A stretch of 63,155 nucleotides of DNA, counting the filler, from Vannella sp. (taxonomy: Eukaryota), in assembly GCA_023345925.1 (NCBI GenBank). It is 8 parts of 8 records of this genome, joined end to end, with 100 filler letters (N's around TTAATTAATTAA, not from the genome) between each part and the next. Parts side by side here need not be neighbours in the genome. Positions count along the whole stretch, not along the records: positions 18,608 to 26,235 come from JAJQQN010000469.1; positions 26,336 to 33,791 come from JAJQQN010000527.1; positions 33,892 to 40,614 come from JAJQQN010001207.1; 5 more parts are not named here. One strand, written 5' to 3'. Below, in pieces: positions 23,013 to 35,385 of the stretch. A program made the translations under genes and the position numbers. The notes below the pieces were generated by a model. It was not told the DNA's origin. It worked only from the letters and a program-made list of their open reading frames with translations, and ran no database searches. Positions within the stretch are counted from its first letter, which is position 1. Each line of letters begins with the position of its first letter.

Positions 23013-23909
23013 TTATCGATTGAATTGTTCATCGATGACAACGAAGCCTTGCTGAGGGTGAAGACTAAGCATGCTGCGGTTGTTCTTGTAGTAGGTCACA
23101 GCAGATGAAGAGCTTTCTCGCTTATGGTCTCTAGAGAGAACCAGATGTTCAATTCGAAAGGTGAAGGGATCCTTTCGGCCAGTCACAAAGGCTTCTATCA
23201 GGATGGAATAGGGCCTTGAATCTGGAGAAGTCGTTACCGGAATCAGGTAAGTCTCCCACGTTCCACGGCTATCAATGTCACACGAAAGCTCACCACAAGC
23301 ATCTGACTGAGACTGGGTCGGACTCAGCAGGAATGCAGATGGCTCGGCAGGACACATGAAGTTGGTGTTCTCCGGTTGGATCAGTTTCACGGTCAGGGAT
23401 AAAAGCTGTGAAGGGAAGGGCCATTCAAAGAAAAGCTGTCTCATCTTTCCAACCTTGATGTCCTCCCGGAACTTGACGCAACTAGACTCCTCAAACAGAC
23501 CATTGCCGGGACGCTGGCGCACTTGGAGGTTCAAACAACTGACAGTCTCCAGGTTTGGCACTGAGGGAGGGACCAGAATGTACGGATAAACGAAATCCTC
23601 GATTGGGGAAGCATGCTCCCTCGATTCGGGAAGCAAGCCGCCTTCAGACATTTGCCATTCTAAATCTTCCTCTCTAAAGAGAGGTCTGTCCATCTCATCG
23701 ATATCCATGTGGTCCTCTGTTTGAGAGGGACTCTCTTCATGACTGGTAGCTCCTTCGGTGCTTGCTACTGGGTCAGCAAAGATTGGTTCCAGAGCACGCC
23801 AGTCAATATCTATTTCAGAAGGAGGGAAGACCCCCAAGAACTCAGACGCGTCAAGAGGACCAAAGAGATGATCATCGAAGTCTTCGATGTAGTTGTCCAT
23901 TGCCAGCAT
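23013..23909 (-). CDS. Hypothetical protein (acidic N-terminus, beta-rich C-terminus)
   Basis: Intact 298-aa ORF with no recognised motif. Confidence 0.55.
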   Translation of the reverse strand: MLAMDNYIEDFDDHLFGPLDASEFLGVFPPSEIDIDWRALEPIFADPVASTEGATSHEESPSQTEDHMDIDEMDRPLFREEDLEWQMSEGGLLPESREHASPIEDFVYPYILVPPSVPNLETVSCLNLQVRQRPGNGLFEESSCVKFREDIKVGKMRQLFFEWPFPSQLLSLTVKLIQPENTNFMCPAEPSAFLLSPTQSQSDACGELSCDIDSRGTWETYLIPVTTSPDSRPYSILIEAFVTGRKDPFTFRIEHLVLSRDHKRESSSSAVTYYKNNRSMLSLHPQQGFVVIDEQFNR

Positions 23910-24429
23910 TGATTAGCCGGTTTCACTACGCAGAGGAGACTGGGTAAGAATGAACTGTTCCAAGGAGAAGGACAAAGGACTAAGCGTGCTGAGGGAAGGA
24001 GGAAGCCCAACTGTCCCAGTTAGTCCCCTTTTCATGGAATAGCATCGTTGCATCCCCGATTCTCAAGAGAGAAAAGTCAGCTTCATAAACGAAGACAAGG
24101 AATGAGCTTTGCTTGCCTCAAAACCTCAAAAAATTAAATGAGGCGCATTGATGACAGGGGTCCCACCGATTGGGATACAGGCACATCCTTTCAGGTGGCA
24201 GAACCTCAATTTCGAGACTCGGGCACCTGCAAAGCAGTGGCTGCACTGGATCTTCTTTGTTCTGGCGCCACAGCAGCACAGACGGGCAAGAAGAAGTGAT
24301 TTTGTTGGCCGAAATCGACCAATTAAAAACGGGCAAGTCTCTATTCCGAGAATGATAAAACTTCGGCCAATAACCGACCAGGCGTGGGTTGCGTCACGGT
24401 TTCAAAGGGTCCCATTTGCTTCCTTCGGA

Positions 24430-25812
24430 ATGAAACGCGGCTCTGCGGTGTTCATACTCTTGCTCATTGGCTGGATCGGGTTTCTGATGATTGAGAGAAG
24501 CGCACGTTCTCTCCAGCCTTGGCAGGAGGTGCATTCTAGGGAAGAAAAGGCTCCAGTGGTGCCTTTGCCACAAGCACAAGCTCTCGCCCCTCATCCTTTG
24601 CCTTCTGTAGTCACTCCAGGAAGGCTGGAACTATGGGAGAGGTTAGCACTGGGAGTGAATTGGCAAGACTGGGAAGACATACTGAAAACAGCAGAGGAAG
24701 TGCGCATCCCTCCTCCGCTCCAGGGGCCTCTCCTTGATGCTCTCTCGGAGGTTTTTGCCATTCAACCGGCTGAACCCCCTCGATTTCTCGAGCGTCCGAC
24801 TTCTTTGCTCCTCCCTCCCGTTGATTGTGCTTCGCATTCGTCATTATCTCCAAAGTTCCTCACAGGAGAGAAGCGAACTGAACCTCGTCTCGTGGTGTCG
24901 TTTTTCCCATTCGCTTATGAACTGGACGTGTTGGAATTACATTTAGCAGAGCTTTGGGGGCTTGTGGATCTATTTGTGATCGCAGAGGCCACTTGCAGTC
25001 ATCGGCTGGCTCACAAGAATATGATTTTGGCTGGCCAGATCAACACTCGCTATAACAGATGGCGGGAAAAGATCTTTCTCATTCCTCTCGGAGATGCCGA
25101 CTGTGAAGAAATCGCTGAATCTACAGGATTTAGTGGAAAAGACGACTGGCGGATGGAGTACTACATGAGAAAGGTGCTTTGGACTCGCTTCAAAGATTCT
25201 GTGGTGTTCAATAGGACCTTTTCCGATCCGAGTACTCTCATCATATCGGGAGACTGTGATGAAATACCGAAGGCAGAGATTATTAAGCACCTCAGATACT
25301 GTGAGATAATCACCGATTCCTTCCCTTTGCTCCTGCATCCAATCCAGTTCATGAATAACTTCAACTTCCATAACCCTGGGGAGAATACTTTTCCAGAAGT
25401 ACTCCCTTTGGAGAAGATGGACTCGTTCCAGTCAGCTCCGCGGGGAGGAGGGAATACTCTATCAGAGTTCGGCGGATATCATTTGAATCGCTTTGGAAGC
25501 AACTACTTGCGACTGTACAAACATATGGCACTTGCTGAGGGGGGAACGGTTCCTCGGAATGACTTCAAATTCGTTCGACATCCTGAGTTGCTCCAAGAGC
25601 TCGTTGATTTAGGCCAACGAGAGTGCTGTCCCACCCCTACTATCCCTTCCGTGTCATCAGAAATACCAACTCTGGAGGACAGATTGAAATTCGTTCAATC
25701 CTATGTCCCCTGGTACGCGTACTGCAACTATGAAAGGTTTCCTGACCTCTTACCTGCCTTATTGGTAGCTCCTCGTACCTGGGAAAGTGTCAGAGCGGAG
25801 TGGTGCGTTTAG
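24430..25812 (+). CDS. Glycosyltransferase family 17 (GnT-III/MGAT3-like), type II membrane protein
   Basis: N-terminal TM; ELDVLELHLAELWGLVDLFVIAE; IISGDCDEIP (DxD); GGYHL. Confidence 0.8.
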   Translation: MKRGSAVFILLLIGWIGFLMIERSARSLQPWQEVHSREEKAPVVPLPQAQALAPHPLPSVVTPGRLELWERLALGVNWQDWEDILKTAEEVRIPPPLQGPLLDALSEVFAIQPAEPPRFLERPTSLLLPPVDCASHSSLSPKFLTGEKRTEPRLVVSFFPFAYELDVLELHLAELWGLVDLFVIAEATCSHRLAHKNMILAGQINTRYNRWREKIFLIPLGDADCEEIAESTGFSGKDDWRMEYYMRKVLWTRFKDSVVFNRTFSDPSTLIISGDCDEIPKAEIIKHLRYCEIITDSFPLLLHPIQFMNNFNFHNPGENTFPEVLPLEKMDSFQSAPRGGGNTLSEFGGYHLNRFGSNYLRLYKHMALAEGGTVPRNDFKFVRHPELLQELVDLGQRECCPTPTIPSVSSEIPTLEDRLKFVQSYVPWYAYCNYERFPDLLPALLVAPRTWESVRAEWCV

Positions 25813-25966
25813 AAATGGCACCAAAGCACTTTAAAGAAATTCATTCAAACTTTTGAGACGCTCACTTCATTTGTCCCTTTCGTGACCTCTGAAAAGAAAT
25901 TAGATGCGAACTGAAGGGGCGTTACCTAGACTCTTACTATAGTGCCAGGCACAGGTCTAGACAGTA

Positions 25967-26235
25967 TCAGCTAAGAAGCATCTGAAGTAGCCGTTGTCCT
26001 CCCAGAGGGTGTGAGACCTCAACCCATCTCCTGATAGAAAGGGATCTCCAATACATCATCCATGCCTTCACTTACACGGACCTAGTCCACTTTTGAAATG
26101 GGTTTGGACTCTCAACCAAGATCCTTTTGTCACAACCCTCTTTTCGCAAAGAGCATGATTAACGCGCCCCACCTTACGCTCTTGAATCCTCAGTTTCCCT
26201 CTTGGCTGGGGCCACATAAGCCCGCGAATCACATC
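25967..26235 (-). CDS. Possible 3' end of an unidentified spliced gene
   Basis: Two GT..AG introns give an open frame ending ...QRLLQMLLS*. Confidence 0.25.
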
Positions 26236-26335
26236 NNNNNNNNNNNNNNNNNNNNNNNNNNNNNNNNNNNNNNNNNNNNTTAATTAATTAANNNNNNNNN
26301 NNNNNNNNNNNNNNNNNNNNNNNNNNNNNNNNNNN
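26236..26335. other. Artificial contig linker
   Basis: N44-TTAATTAATTAA-N44. Confidence 0.99.
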
Positions 26336-27014
26336 GCTCGTGGAAGAAGGCTACTCTCTCGCCATTGAAGGGGGGCGAGAAGGGGCTCGATTGACCCATG
26401 CGCATGACAGACAGTTCTACTACTGTCTCCAGTCTCTCACTCTTTGGAGAGAAGTCTCTGACTCGATGTTCAAGCTGTGGTATCAATCGGACCAGGATCT
26501 CTTGGATTCTGAGCATGAGTATCTCCTCAAGGATACTGGACAGGGAATCAACCGAGTACAGAAGTGTCCCAGAGTGGAGAACACGATGCGCCAGATTCTT
26601 CATCGCGTTCAGGTAGAAGTGGGACAGGGCAACTGGGTGGGATCCTCTGTGATCCATCTGGGTGACCACAACGTCCCCAACGCGTTGATGTTCATTGACA
26701 AGTACACCCAGGTCTCTTGGATCCTGAATCCCATCATCCTTGTGATGGAACGCATCGAGGAATTTGCCAAGGACGAGCGGATTGGGTACTTTGTGAACGA
26801 TGTCTACGGAGGCTGTGACAAACTACGAAAGGATATCCTTTTGGACTTCTTCCGCTATGCTTTTGACGGTAGCGGAGCGGATAACTTCTTTGATGCTGGA
26901 TCTTGCATTGATGGTCGTCTCACCTCGGCTTGGAACTGGTGCTCCAAGCTCCATGATAAGCCTTTCTATCCCATTTTCAAGCTCACTGGTTTCCGTGGCT
27001 TTGACGGATACTAA
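26336..27014 (+). CDS. UPF0652/DUF2009 family protein, C-terminal fragment
   Basis: WVGSSVIHLGDHNVPNALMFIDKYTQV; AFDGSGADNFFDAGSCIDGRLTSAWNWCS; GF.GFDG. Confidence 0.85.
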
Positions 27015-27184
27015 ATCCCAGAGGCACTGAGCTCAAACACCCACTTACGAAGAAGGACAATAAATCAGGTTCCGTCTGACTTGGCTCAACGCACTTGGCT
27101 TTATCGGGAAGTTGAGATGAGCGTGGTCTATTGCATCATTACAAGATGATGTTAACTCCTCCGCAGCGACTCATTGAGATAGAA

Positions 27185-30145
27185 TTATAGTTTGGATTGG
27201 AACAGTGACGCTCCTGGAAGGTTGGCAATGCGTCGTGATACGGAGTCCGGAGTTACTCCCATCTTGCTCATGAATTTGGAGAGTTTGTTGGGATAGCTGA
27301 TGTGCTGAAGGAGTAACTCGTACTCACTCATTGGTGCCATCCATACGAGAGGACCCTGTAGTGGTAGTGAAGAACGCAAACGAGACATGTTCTCAGTTGC
27401 TGCACGGCAGAATGCGTCGAACATCATTGGAATATCAGATGCCATTTCGTCTCTCCACATTGCCCCTAAATGCTCTGCACCTAGCTGTACACGGGCCTGT
27501 TGGGCGAGAGTTTTGTTATAGATTGCAGCGGATACTTCTGAGCAATAGTAGAATGAAATGCTGTCCATGTTCGTGCTTCCATTGAGCGTTATTTCGTCAT
27601 CAATCAGTGCCAGCTTGGAGTGGACATAAATAGATTTGAGCTGCTTTGTTCCTACCTCCTCCACTGCCAACCCAAAGATCCCTACTCGATCAGGTGCCAC
27701 ACTTTTGATGAGCTGGAGATGGTTAATGACTAGAGTTGGGTGAATACAGATAATTACTGCTCTCTAAAGGCTACTTACTGTGGTCTTGTGACCAATTAAA
27801 GAACTCTCCCAGCAATCCTGTGGGCAGGTCTGTCTTAATGGGGGTGACGACAATCAAACGTAGCTCAGGATTTTGTCGTAAAGATTCGCACATTGCATTA
27901 GCAATAGCCCCGTTTTGGAATGGATATTGATGCTCTAAATACAATATCTTTCGTGCGCTGACGATATATTGGCAGAATCTCCTAAATAGCTTCCTATTCG
28001 GTAGACGACAAGTCAAAATTTGCATAATGCAGTTGTTGTGAGTCAACTTACACATCAAATGCACCGTCCCAATTGCGCAGCAGTCGAATATGACAATCAG
28101 GAATCAGTTTTGGTGGCTTGTCTGAACGCAATGAGAAAGGTTCGTGCTGTTCTTTACATTGAGAGAAAGAACTCGCTGGCGGAATACGAAGGGCTCTAGT
28201 ACGTTCACTATCCCTTGAAAAGGAATGAACCCAGCGTTGAATAAAGTGAAAATACAGCTTCCTCGTTGCATCCCCTCGAATGAGAGTCTTCTCAAAGTCA
28301 TCAGCCAACAAATTTAGGAGAAGGAGTTACTCACCTGTGAGTCATGCCATAGAATCTTTGTACGTCTGGCACAATCTGAAATCTGGCTGTCACTCTGTGC
28401 TAGTAGATGTGGACCATATATCACATGCTGAGACTGGTCATAACGGCCCATGGCAACATCAAAGCCCTACCACGAACCCATCAGTCTCAATTGTCATTAG
28501 AATAGAATAGCAATACCCCGGTTAACGCTACTGTGTGCAATGGACACTCTGAATCAATCAAAAGGAGCTTCTCGTGATGGCAAGAAATCAATCCACGTGG
28601 ATTGCCCACAATAATGATAACAATGGGCTCAGCTTGGTCCCACGTGGAGGGGTGGGCGTATATGCTCTGTGCACCTGGCATTCTCTGGGTATTTCGGAAG
28701 ACCCGAGACGGGAGCCCCATTCGGCGTGCTCGCTCACAGAAATCAGAAACCTGCTGCTCCACTGGACCCATATAGCGTATCCGATTGATAACCGTCATCA
28801 TAGAGTGTCTCCAAACAACAATTCGTATCTTAACTCCATCTCGGGCTCGTGCCAGAAGGACATCCTCCAAGGAAACCCACCTTGAACCTCCTGAAAGGTC
28901 GTGAGTTGGCCTATCTTCTCGCGCAGGAGGCGCTTTATGCCCTTCTGGTAGATCCTTTCGCTCTACCAGGCCAAAGCCGAGACAGAGCTCCCAAGCAAGT
29001 ATACTAATTGAGTGTTTGGCAGCGTATAAACACTCATAGTAGCGCCGGAAAGTGTCTTTGCCGTCAACAAGGAACTCCACTTGGTTATCCCAAGAGGTAT
29101 TACGGAAGCTGGAGTTAGTAAGTGACTCAGAAGCCTGGTTAGGCATCTTTAAAGGCCTCATAAAGCGGTCTGCCATGTCCGCTTTCTTAATCCCTCCAGA
29201 CTTTAAGTCCCAGAGCTGATTCATCTGCGCAGAAGAGCTCTCTAAGGGACAGCAGCGAAGGGAAAAGGTTATCTCGTAGAGACCCGTCGATTCGTCCGCT
29301 GAAGTGGCTAATATGACTTTCTCCGTGTGTTCCAGCGACTTCCCTGTGCTGAACAGTAGTGTAGACTCTTCTACTTCGTTCACCTGCTGCTGGAAGAGGA
29401 GCGGGACGGGTGCTTGTGATGTTGAATCGCCCGCCACTGCTTCCAGAGAGCTTGAAGTGAATAGAAAGCGGCCAAGAGGATGTTTGGATAGCGTGTTCTT
29501 CGTAAAGAGAGAGATACGGAAGCCCCCGATCGTGGAGAAGACCACTACGACTCTCAGTTAGTTCTCCTCGGCTTCGATCCTTCAGCAGGGAGACGTACTG
29601 GCATTGTGCGTGCTGATAAAAGAAGCCTCTTGTGATTGGAAGCGTCCTAGATCGTAGGTGTTGACAGGGCCTGTGTGCAGACTGTGTGGACAGGGATTGA
29701 ACTCCACTTCAGCGAATAAATGGTCCTTTCGGAGGAAGAAGGAGGCCTGGTTGAGGCAAATGACTTCGTTAAGCTCAAAAGCATACACTGTATGGAGTCT
29801 CCTTGTCATCACCCGAGCATGGAAGCGAGTGGGGCAGTCGGTGTCCTCGTCCGATTGGAAAACGAGCTCCTTTGATGCCAAGCGCTTTGAGTATCCTCAC
29901 AGGGCCTCTCAGTACCCGGCACATACCTGAACTACTGGACTAGATCGAGAGGTATCGTCTAGGAAGTCGGAGAGTGACAAAGAGCCTAACGAACTCCTCG
30001 TACTCCCACTGGTAAGGCGCAGCGTCACCAGACCAGTACAATAATAAAAGAGGCCGCTATAATCAGACCGAAAAGCGGAAGCACCGAGCCTCCCAGCCAG
30101 GAAAGACCTTTGCATGAGAGCGTCAATGTCACCACCTCTCTCCAT
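27185..30145 (-). CDS. Phospholipase D with two HKD motifs and a C2-like N-terminus, multi-exon
   Basis: HHEKLLLID and YVHSKLALIDD..GSTN; VEFLVDGKDTF; LYLEHQYPF. Confidence 0.85.
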
Positions 30146-30369
30146 ACTCCCTCATAACCTGCTTACCGCTGCGGCTGTCCATCCGAATGGAAGTCCAAGT
30201 AGAGATCTCTCCCTTTCCCCCACGGTAGCGCGTTACCCGCCTCTTCTTCCTCCCAAAGAGAGAGGAACTCGAGAGCGAACATGTCCACTCTCACCAAGAC
30301 CCACTAAAATGACCCAAATTTCGCTTGAATATGATTTTAATGAACAATTTAGTCATTTTCATTTCGGCC

Positions 30370-30746
30370 ATGTTCGCGAGGCGAGCGGCGGCGACCGCTG
30401 GATCAGAGTGGATCAGGGCAGGATCGAGGACAGCGAGTGCTTTTCGCGGGTTCACGACACAGGCGAATGCTGGCTCATTTGGTTTTGCATCGCAGGAGCG
30501 CTTAGAAGCTCCCACGATGACAACAACGCGTTTTTTCGCCCCTACAGTGGCTCTGTGAGTACTACCGGAGGGATATGAGAGGTTAGCCGGGGCTCATATC
30601 AAACTCAAGTGCTTCTCCTATTACAGCTACTAGCAGAGGACTTATTCAGATGCTCCTGATGCTCGCAGGCAATGTAGAAGGTCAGTTACCCACAACATGA
30701 TGCTCAAGCTCCCCTTTAACGCCTCCCAGATGATGACGGACTCTAA
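30370..30746 (+). CDS. Small protein (about 82 aa) with a predicted mitochondrial presequence, 3 exons, ending EDDDGL
   Basis: MFARRAAATAGSEWIRAGSRTASAFRGF is R/A/S-rich. Splicing at 30555 and 30681 gives ...VALRGLIQMLLMLAGNVEDDDGL*. Confidence 0.4.
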
Positions 30747-30887
30747 TGAACCTCCTGTCTCGCAATAAATCACTTCTCCTCACCTTCTTCAACTGTGCCC
30801 AAAGGTGGAAACACCAAAAGGTGAGTTTTGCTCCTTTTTCTCTCAAATAAATGTTTGGCATTAAATTGATTATTATTTGAAGGGGCG

Positions 30888-32493
30888 ATGGCGGGTCGAG
30901 TGGGGGCACGAATGATTGAGTCTTTGGATGGCGATGGAGACGATAATGATTTATATGACACTGTTGGTCATGATGTGGCCACTTGCGAGCATGTAGAGAG
31001 TGCTCCTGCAACAGGGGAGACTTGCCACATCAATGAGGTCCGTCTATTGCGTCTCTAGGCTCCTCTTTGCTCTTTATAGCACTACTTTGCCCCTTGAAGG
31101 TGTCATGCCCTTATACTCACGTGGACATGGGTCACTGCAGGTGTTCCCCATGAGTGTTCAAGAGTTCTATCGGCGCTACCTCTCTGAAACGAGTGACTTT
31201 TGGTACCGCACTTGCAAAGCATGTGAATGTACTGGTATGTGGCCTCTTGCTGGTGTACTTGTGACAGTCTGGAGCTGATTGGTGAATGAAAGAGATCTCA
31301 AGTACGCGTTGGAGCAACAAAGAGTGTCATCAAGAGAGGAAACTGCAGTTCAAGATCCCAGTTAAGCATCTCCTGGGCCCTCGTGAGACTGCAGTCACCC
31401 AGACACAGAAGATACACGTCCTTGATGAGTCGTACGTCAACTTCCCCCATTGGTTTGGTCATATGTCTAACGTGGAGGGGTAGAACGATCGTGTTTCAAA
31501 CCTCATCGATCTCTCACGACGTTCTTTACTCAGATTCATTCGAACTACGCTCTCGTTGGAAGATCTCCTCGGAAAAGCAACAAGACAAGATCATCTGTTG
31601 GGTTCTCATCACCTGGGAGGTTGAATGGAAGCGAGGAGTATGGATTAAGTGTATGTTTAATCACTCTTTACTGCAGTAAGTTCGTTGCTGACGCCACCAC
31701 AGCGATGATCGAGAGGCACGCCTTGGAGGGAGCAAAGGACTTCTTTGAGAAGAGTATCAGCCTCGCCAAGGATCTCCTACGCAACGAGTCTACGTTCGAA
31801 GATGTTCGAATGCGAATTGAACCAGCTGATAAGCCGCTGGTGATGGAGGAAGTCCCTGTGGTCCTCAAAGACTCTACCCAAGACTTGGTGGATGACTTGA
31901 GCGTCTCTCCACCGGATGCTGACAGCCCTCTCAAGCCAAAACATCCACTAGCACGCAAGTCAAACACAAGGTCCCGTCGAAAGACGTTGGAGGCCCAGCG
32001 GATTCCCACATTAAGTATTCCCCAATCTCACTCGGTCCCAACACCTCCCAGGGCCTTCCCACTGTTCCCAGTCTTAGGATTCATCATTCTGATCATCATT
32101 TTTACTGTTGTACCATGCTACTTGTTGATCCAGAGCATCCCTGAACCACGAGAGAGCATCGTCAAGAGGGAAGAGTTTGTGAGCAACCTTGAAGAGCGGC
32201 TCCAGTTCGTTCAAAACCTTCTTGGACAAGTATCACGCAACATTACACATGTTCCAGGTCGCCAGCTGAAGGATCAATGGACGCGCCATTGGTCTCTCCT
32301 TCACGACAGTTCAATGGAGGAAGAGTTATTCCCTCCTGCTGGTCCCTTCGATGGTGTCAGCGACCACGAAGGTTGGGTGAGCTGGCTGTATCATATAGCA
32401 ACGGGAATGCTCTATTTGTGCCTCAAAAGTGTTCTTCTAGCGCTTGTGTCCGGGTTGGTCGCCATCTTTATCCATTCCAACTTCCTCCATTAA
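30888..32493 (+). CDS. VASt/StART-like sterol-transfer domain protein with C-terminal TM helices, multi-exon
   Basis: FPMSVQEFY..W..R.LQF..P....GP.ET...Q ; DVLYSDSFELRSRW ; VEWK ; IE. The start codon is uncertain. Confidence 0.7.
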
Positions 32494-33396
32494 ACCTTTT
32501 CAACCATTTACATAATGGACCCGAGAAGTGGACAGGGGGAACGGACCGAGGAGTGGACACTTCTCCGTTCGCAGGATCGGATGGGTGGAAGGGTACACCA
32601 AACAAATCAATCGATAGATTGCGTCTACATTAGATAGAATCCGAGAATTGGGGCCTATCTGAGCTTATGCCGCAAAGATATGAGCCCAGCAAGAACGCGA
32701 CATGCCGATTTGCTCGAGAGCTAAGCATCTGCTCAATCACAGGCGCTGAATCGAGCCATGATGATCCTCAAGTAGAACATCTACCTCTTGACTTGGTTGA
32801 TTCTCGAGATTATCAAAAGAAATCCTTCATTTGTACGCTCCAGCTCCTCTCGGCAAGGACATGTACTTGGCTGTCTTGCTTTGACCGCACCATCCAGCCA
32901 ATAATACTTCAGAAGTCTCACTACTCTTGCGCAAGAGTTTCCAGCCCCGCTTCCTTCTCTTTGCGAGGCTTTCAAAGTTCCGCGTTCTCAGTCCCTTTGC
33001 AGCTTTTTCAAGTCGACCTTCAACATGGTCTCTGCAGTCCACCTGCGTCTTTTAGAACCGACAGATGGATACGAGCATCTGTAGGTCTTACCCATTTGCC
33101 CCCATGTGACTCCAATCAGAAGTCCTCGTGGGAAACTCAAAGGATCGGCCCTCCGTGTTACACTCACGTTGGAACGCATAGGGCTAACTTCATCAGCCAC
33201 CCTTCTCCTTTGGATCTCTCTGCAGCAAGGAGGAATCCAATCACGACCAGTCCGCTTTCTACACGGATCTGTCTCTCAAGGGCTTCTATTTGGATCTATT
33301 AATAATAGAAACAGTTTTGAGACCAAAAGATGGACTCAGACAGGGCACAAAACCTCGGGAAATGCACCCCAAGATAAAGTTCCCTTTTTGTTGGCC

Positions 33397-33791
33397 ATGT
33401 TCTCCCGGCTGCTTCTCTTCCTCGTCTTGCTTGCGTTCGCTAATGGCCTCCTTCCTCAGTACCAGAAGGACTCTCTACTTGCCCTTTACAACGCCACCGG
33501 CGGCCCTTCATGGATCAGGAGCACCAACTGGAACTCCTCCACGGACCCTTGCACTGCTCCCTGGTATGGTGTTGGCTGCAATGCTTTTCAGGTGACAGGT
33601 CTCAGCCTTACCGACAACAACTTGACTGGTTCGCTCCCAGATCTGCTACTTCCAGCTCTCAGAAACATGTAAGGGTTGCTTTCGTTCCCTTCTCGCCAAA
33701 CACTCTCTTTGCCACACCATGTGGACATGAGTGCCAAGGCTTGTCACTCCACTCATCAACACCTTGCAGGGACTTGCAAAGGAATCACATT
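33397..33791 (+). CDS. Secreted/surface LRR protein, 5' part (paralog of the 9412 gene); truncated by contig end
   Basis: Exon 33397-33668 (PQYQKDSLLALYNATGGPSW..DPC..WYGVGC..NNLTGSLPDL.LPALR), then a phase-2 intron, then an exon from 33770 (DLQRNHI). Confidence 0.85.
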
Positions 33792-33891
33792 NNNNNNNNN
33801 NNNNNNNNNNNNNNNNNNNNNNNNNNNNNNNNNNNTTAATTAATTAANNNNNNNNNNNNNNNNNNNNNNNNNNNNNNNNNNNNNNNNNNNN
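33792..33891. other. Artificial contig linker
   Basis: N44-TTAATTAATTAA-N44. Confidence 0.99.
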
Positions 33892-34445
33892 ACACATACT
33901 ATCAGAAAAACTTAGAGCAGCTCGCTGGTACCGTCCAACCGACCCTTCGAACGATGTTGGACAAGTTTCGATTGTGTCGCTACGAGCTCACGGAGCTCCA
34001 ATTCGCTGAGAATGAGATTAACGACCCCTTTGCAAGTCGGTTCGTTGAGGAATTGGAGGAGATGGTCGCTCAATACCGCACTCACCTCTCGCAGGAGAAC
34101 TTTGAGAGTTTCATTCACCTCTGCCTCAAAACGGTAACACTGCAGATGGAGAAGGCTGTATTGCAGAAGCATTTCACCCAGTTTGGAGCTCTCCAATGGG
34201 AGAAAGACTTGCGAGTCATTGTGGCCTACTTCTCGTCGCTCTCACAACGCAGCATCCGCACTGAATTCGCCCGTCTCACTCAAATGGCTTCCCTCCTTAA
34301 CCTGGAAAGCGTTGCAGAAGCAAAGGAATACTGGGAAGAGAGCAGTGGCCAAGTGACTTGGCGTCTGGCTCCAAGCGAAGTCCACCGCATTCTCAGCCGC
34401 AGAAAAGACTTTTCTGGGGAGGAAATCGCTTCTCTCAAACTGTAA
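33892..34445 (+). CDS. COG4: Conserved oligomeric Golgi complex subunit 4, C-terminal fragment
   Basis: FTQFGALQWEKDLR..FARLTQMASLLNLE..WRLAPSEV..IL.RRKDF..I..LKL. Confidence 0.85.
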
Positions 34446-34478
34446 ACGGCCCCATAAATGGGTTTTGGTGATTCTCTC

Positions 34479-34900
34479 ATGTCAGGTCCTTCAAAGAGGC
34501 CTCGTTTGGACGGTTTGGGGGGAACTGATCTGAACGATGCGGCCGCCCTTCGAGCTCTTCTTCAGTCTCTGAAACAACAAAAGGTTCAACTGGAAGGAGG
34601 ATCGAACCATCTTCCGAAGATATGCCAACCGCAGTCTCGCAAACCAGGTGGGTATCGGGAGGTAACCGACAATCCCGCCCACGAGGAGTCCTCAGGGAGT
34701 GAAGAGGAAGAGCAGATGGATCGTTCTCATTCCGAAAGAATGTTCTCCCTTGCCGTTCTCCAGGTATGTTCCCTTGCTTCGTTGGGATTCCGCCTCACCT
34801 GAAGCAGTACGAGGCACTTCTCAAGGACAATCCTGACAACGCGAAGATCCTGTCTCGGCTCTGTGCGCTGTACCAAGAGCGGATTGATCAAGTAGAGTAA
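34479..34900 (+). CDS. Small hypothetical protein (NLS-like KRPR, TPR-like C-terminus), 2 exons
   Basis: Intron at about 34764-34807 joins to YEALLKDNPDNAKILSRLCALYQE. Confidence 0.5.
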
Positions 34901-34935
34901 TACAGACTGTCCGTATTACTATTTATTGGGACTGC

Positions 34936-35308
34936 TTATTGGGTGCTTCGGGCAAACTTGCCGAGCTCCTCGACCTTTCCCTTAGCGCGCTTGTGGGTGC
35001 CAAGCTGAGAACGAGTCAGATCAACTTGTTACCCTGTTCATGGACGCTCCTCACCTTCTTCTTGCAGACACGGAGAGCACGCTTGTCCAAGCTGTTTCTC
35101 AAAAGCTCGATAGCTCGCTTCTCATAGGGGGCAAAGCCGCAAACCTCACGGGCAACCTGCTTGGCGAGGAGAGTTCGCTTTCCCTGAACCTGAACAAAAG
35201 ATCAGATGTGCTTAACCAATCGCCCTTCTAACGTACTCCCTTAGCGTATGAAGGTCGCTGGGGTCTCTTGCGAAGAGTGGTCTTGTGGGGTCCGATGGGG
35301 AGAGTCAT
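34936..35308 (-). CDS. RPL36: 60S ribosomal protein L36 (eL36), 3 exons
   Basis: Spliced product ...[48 protein letters not shown]; not in the ORF track. Confidence 0.93.
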
Positions 35309-35385
35309 GAAGCCAAGAAAAAAAAGGAGCCGAAACTTTCGTCAAGGGTAAGAACTAACAATAATGTTGCTATTATTACAAGACC

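Noticed and set aside
24148..24429. N-terminal extension of the GT17 ORF, and similar non-ATG extensions at 5061, 9104 and 41252
   Set aside because: The ORF track uses alternative starts; downstream ATGs give the expected eukaryotic N-termini
26221..26235. Contig end GAATCACAT (NHI) matching the end of the LRR contig at 33791
   Set aside because: No LRR cap or acceptor upstream; a 9-bp match is plausible by chance
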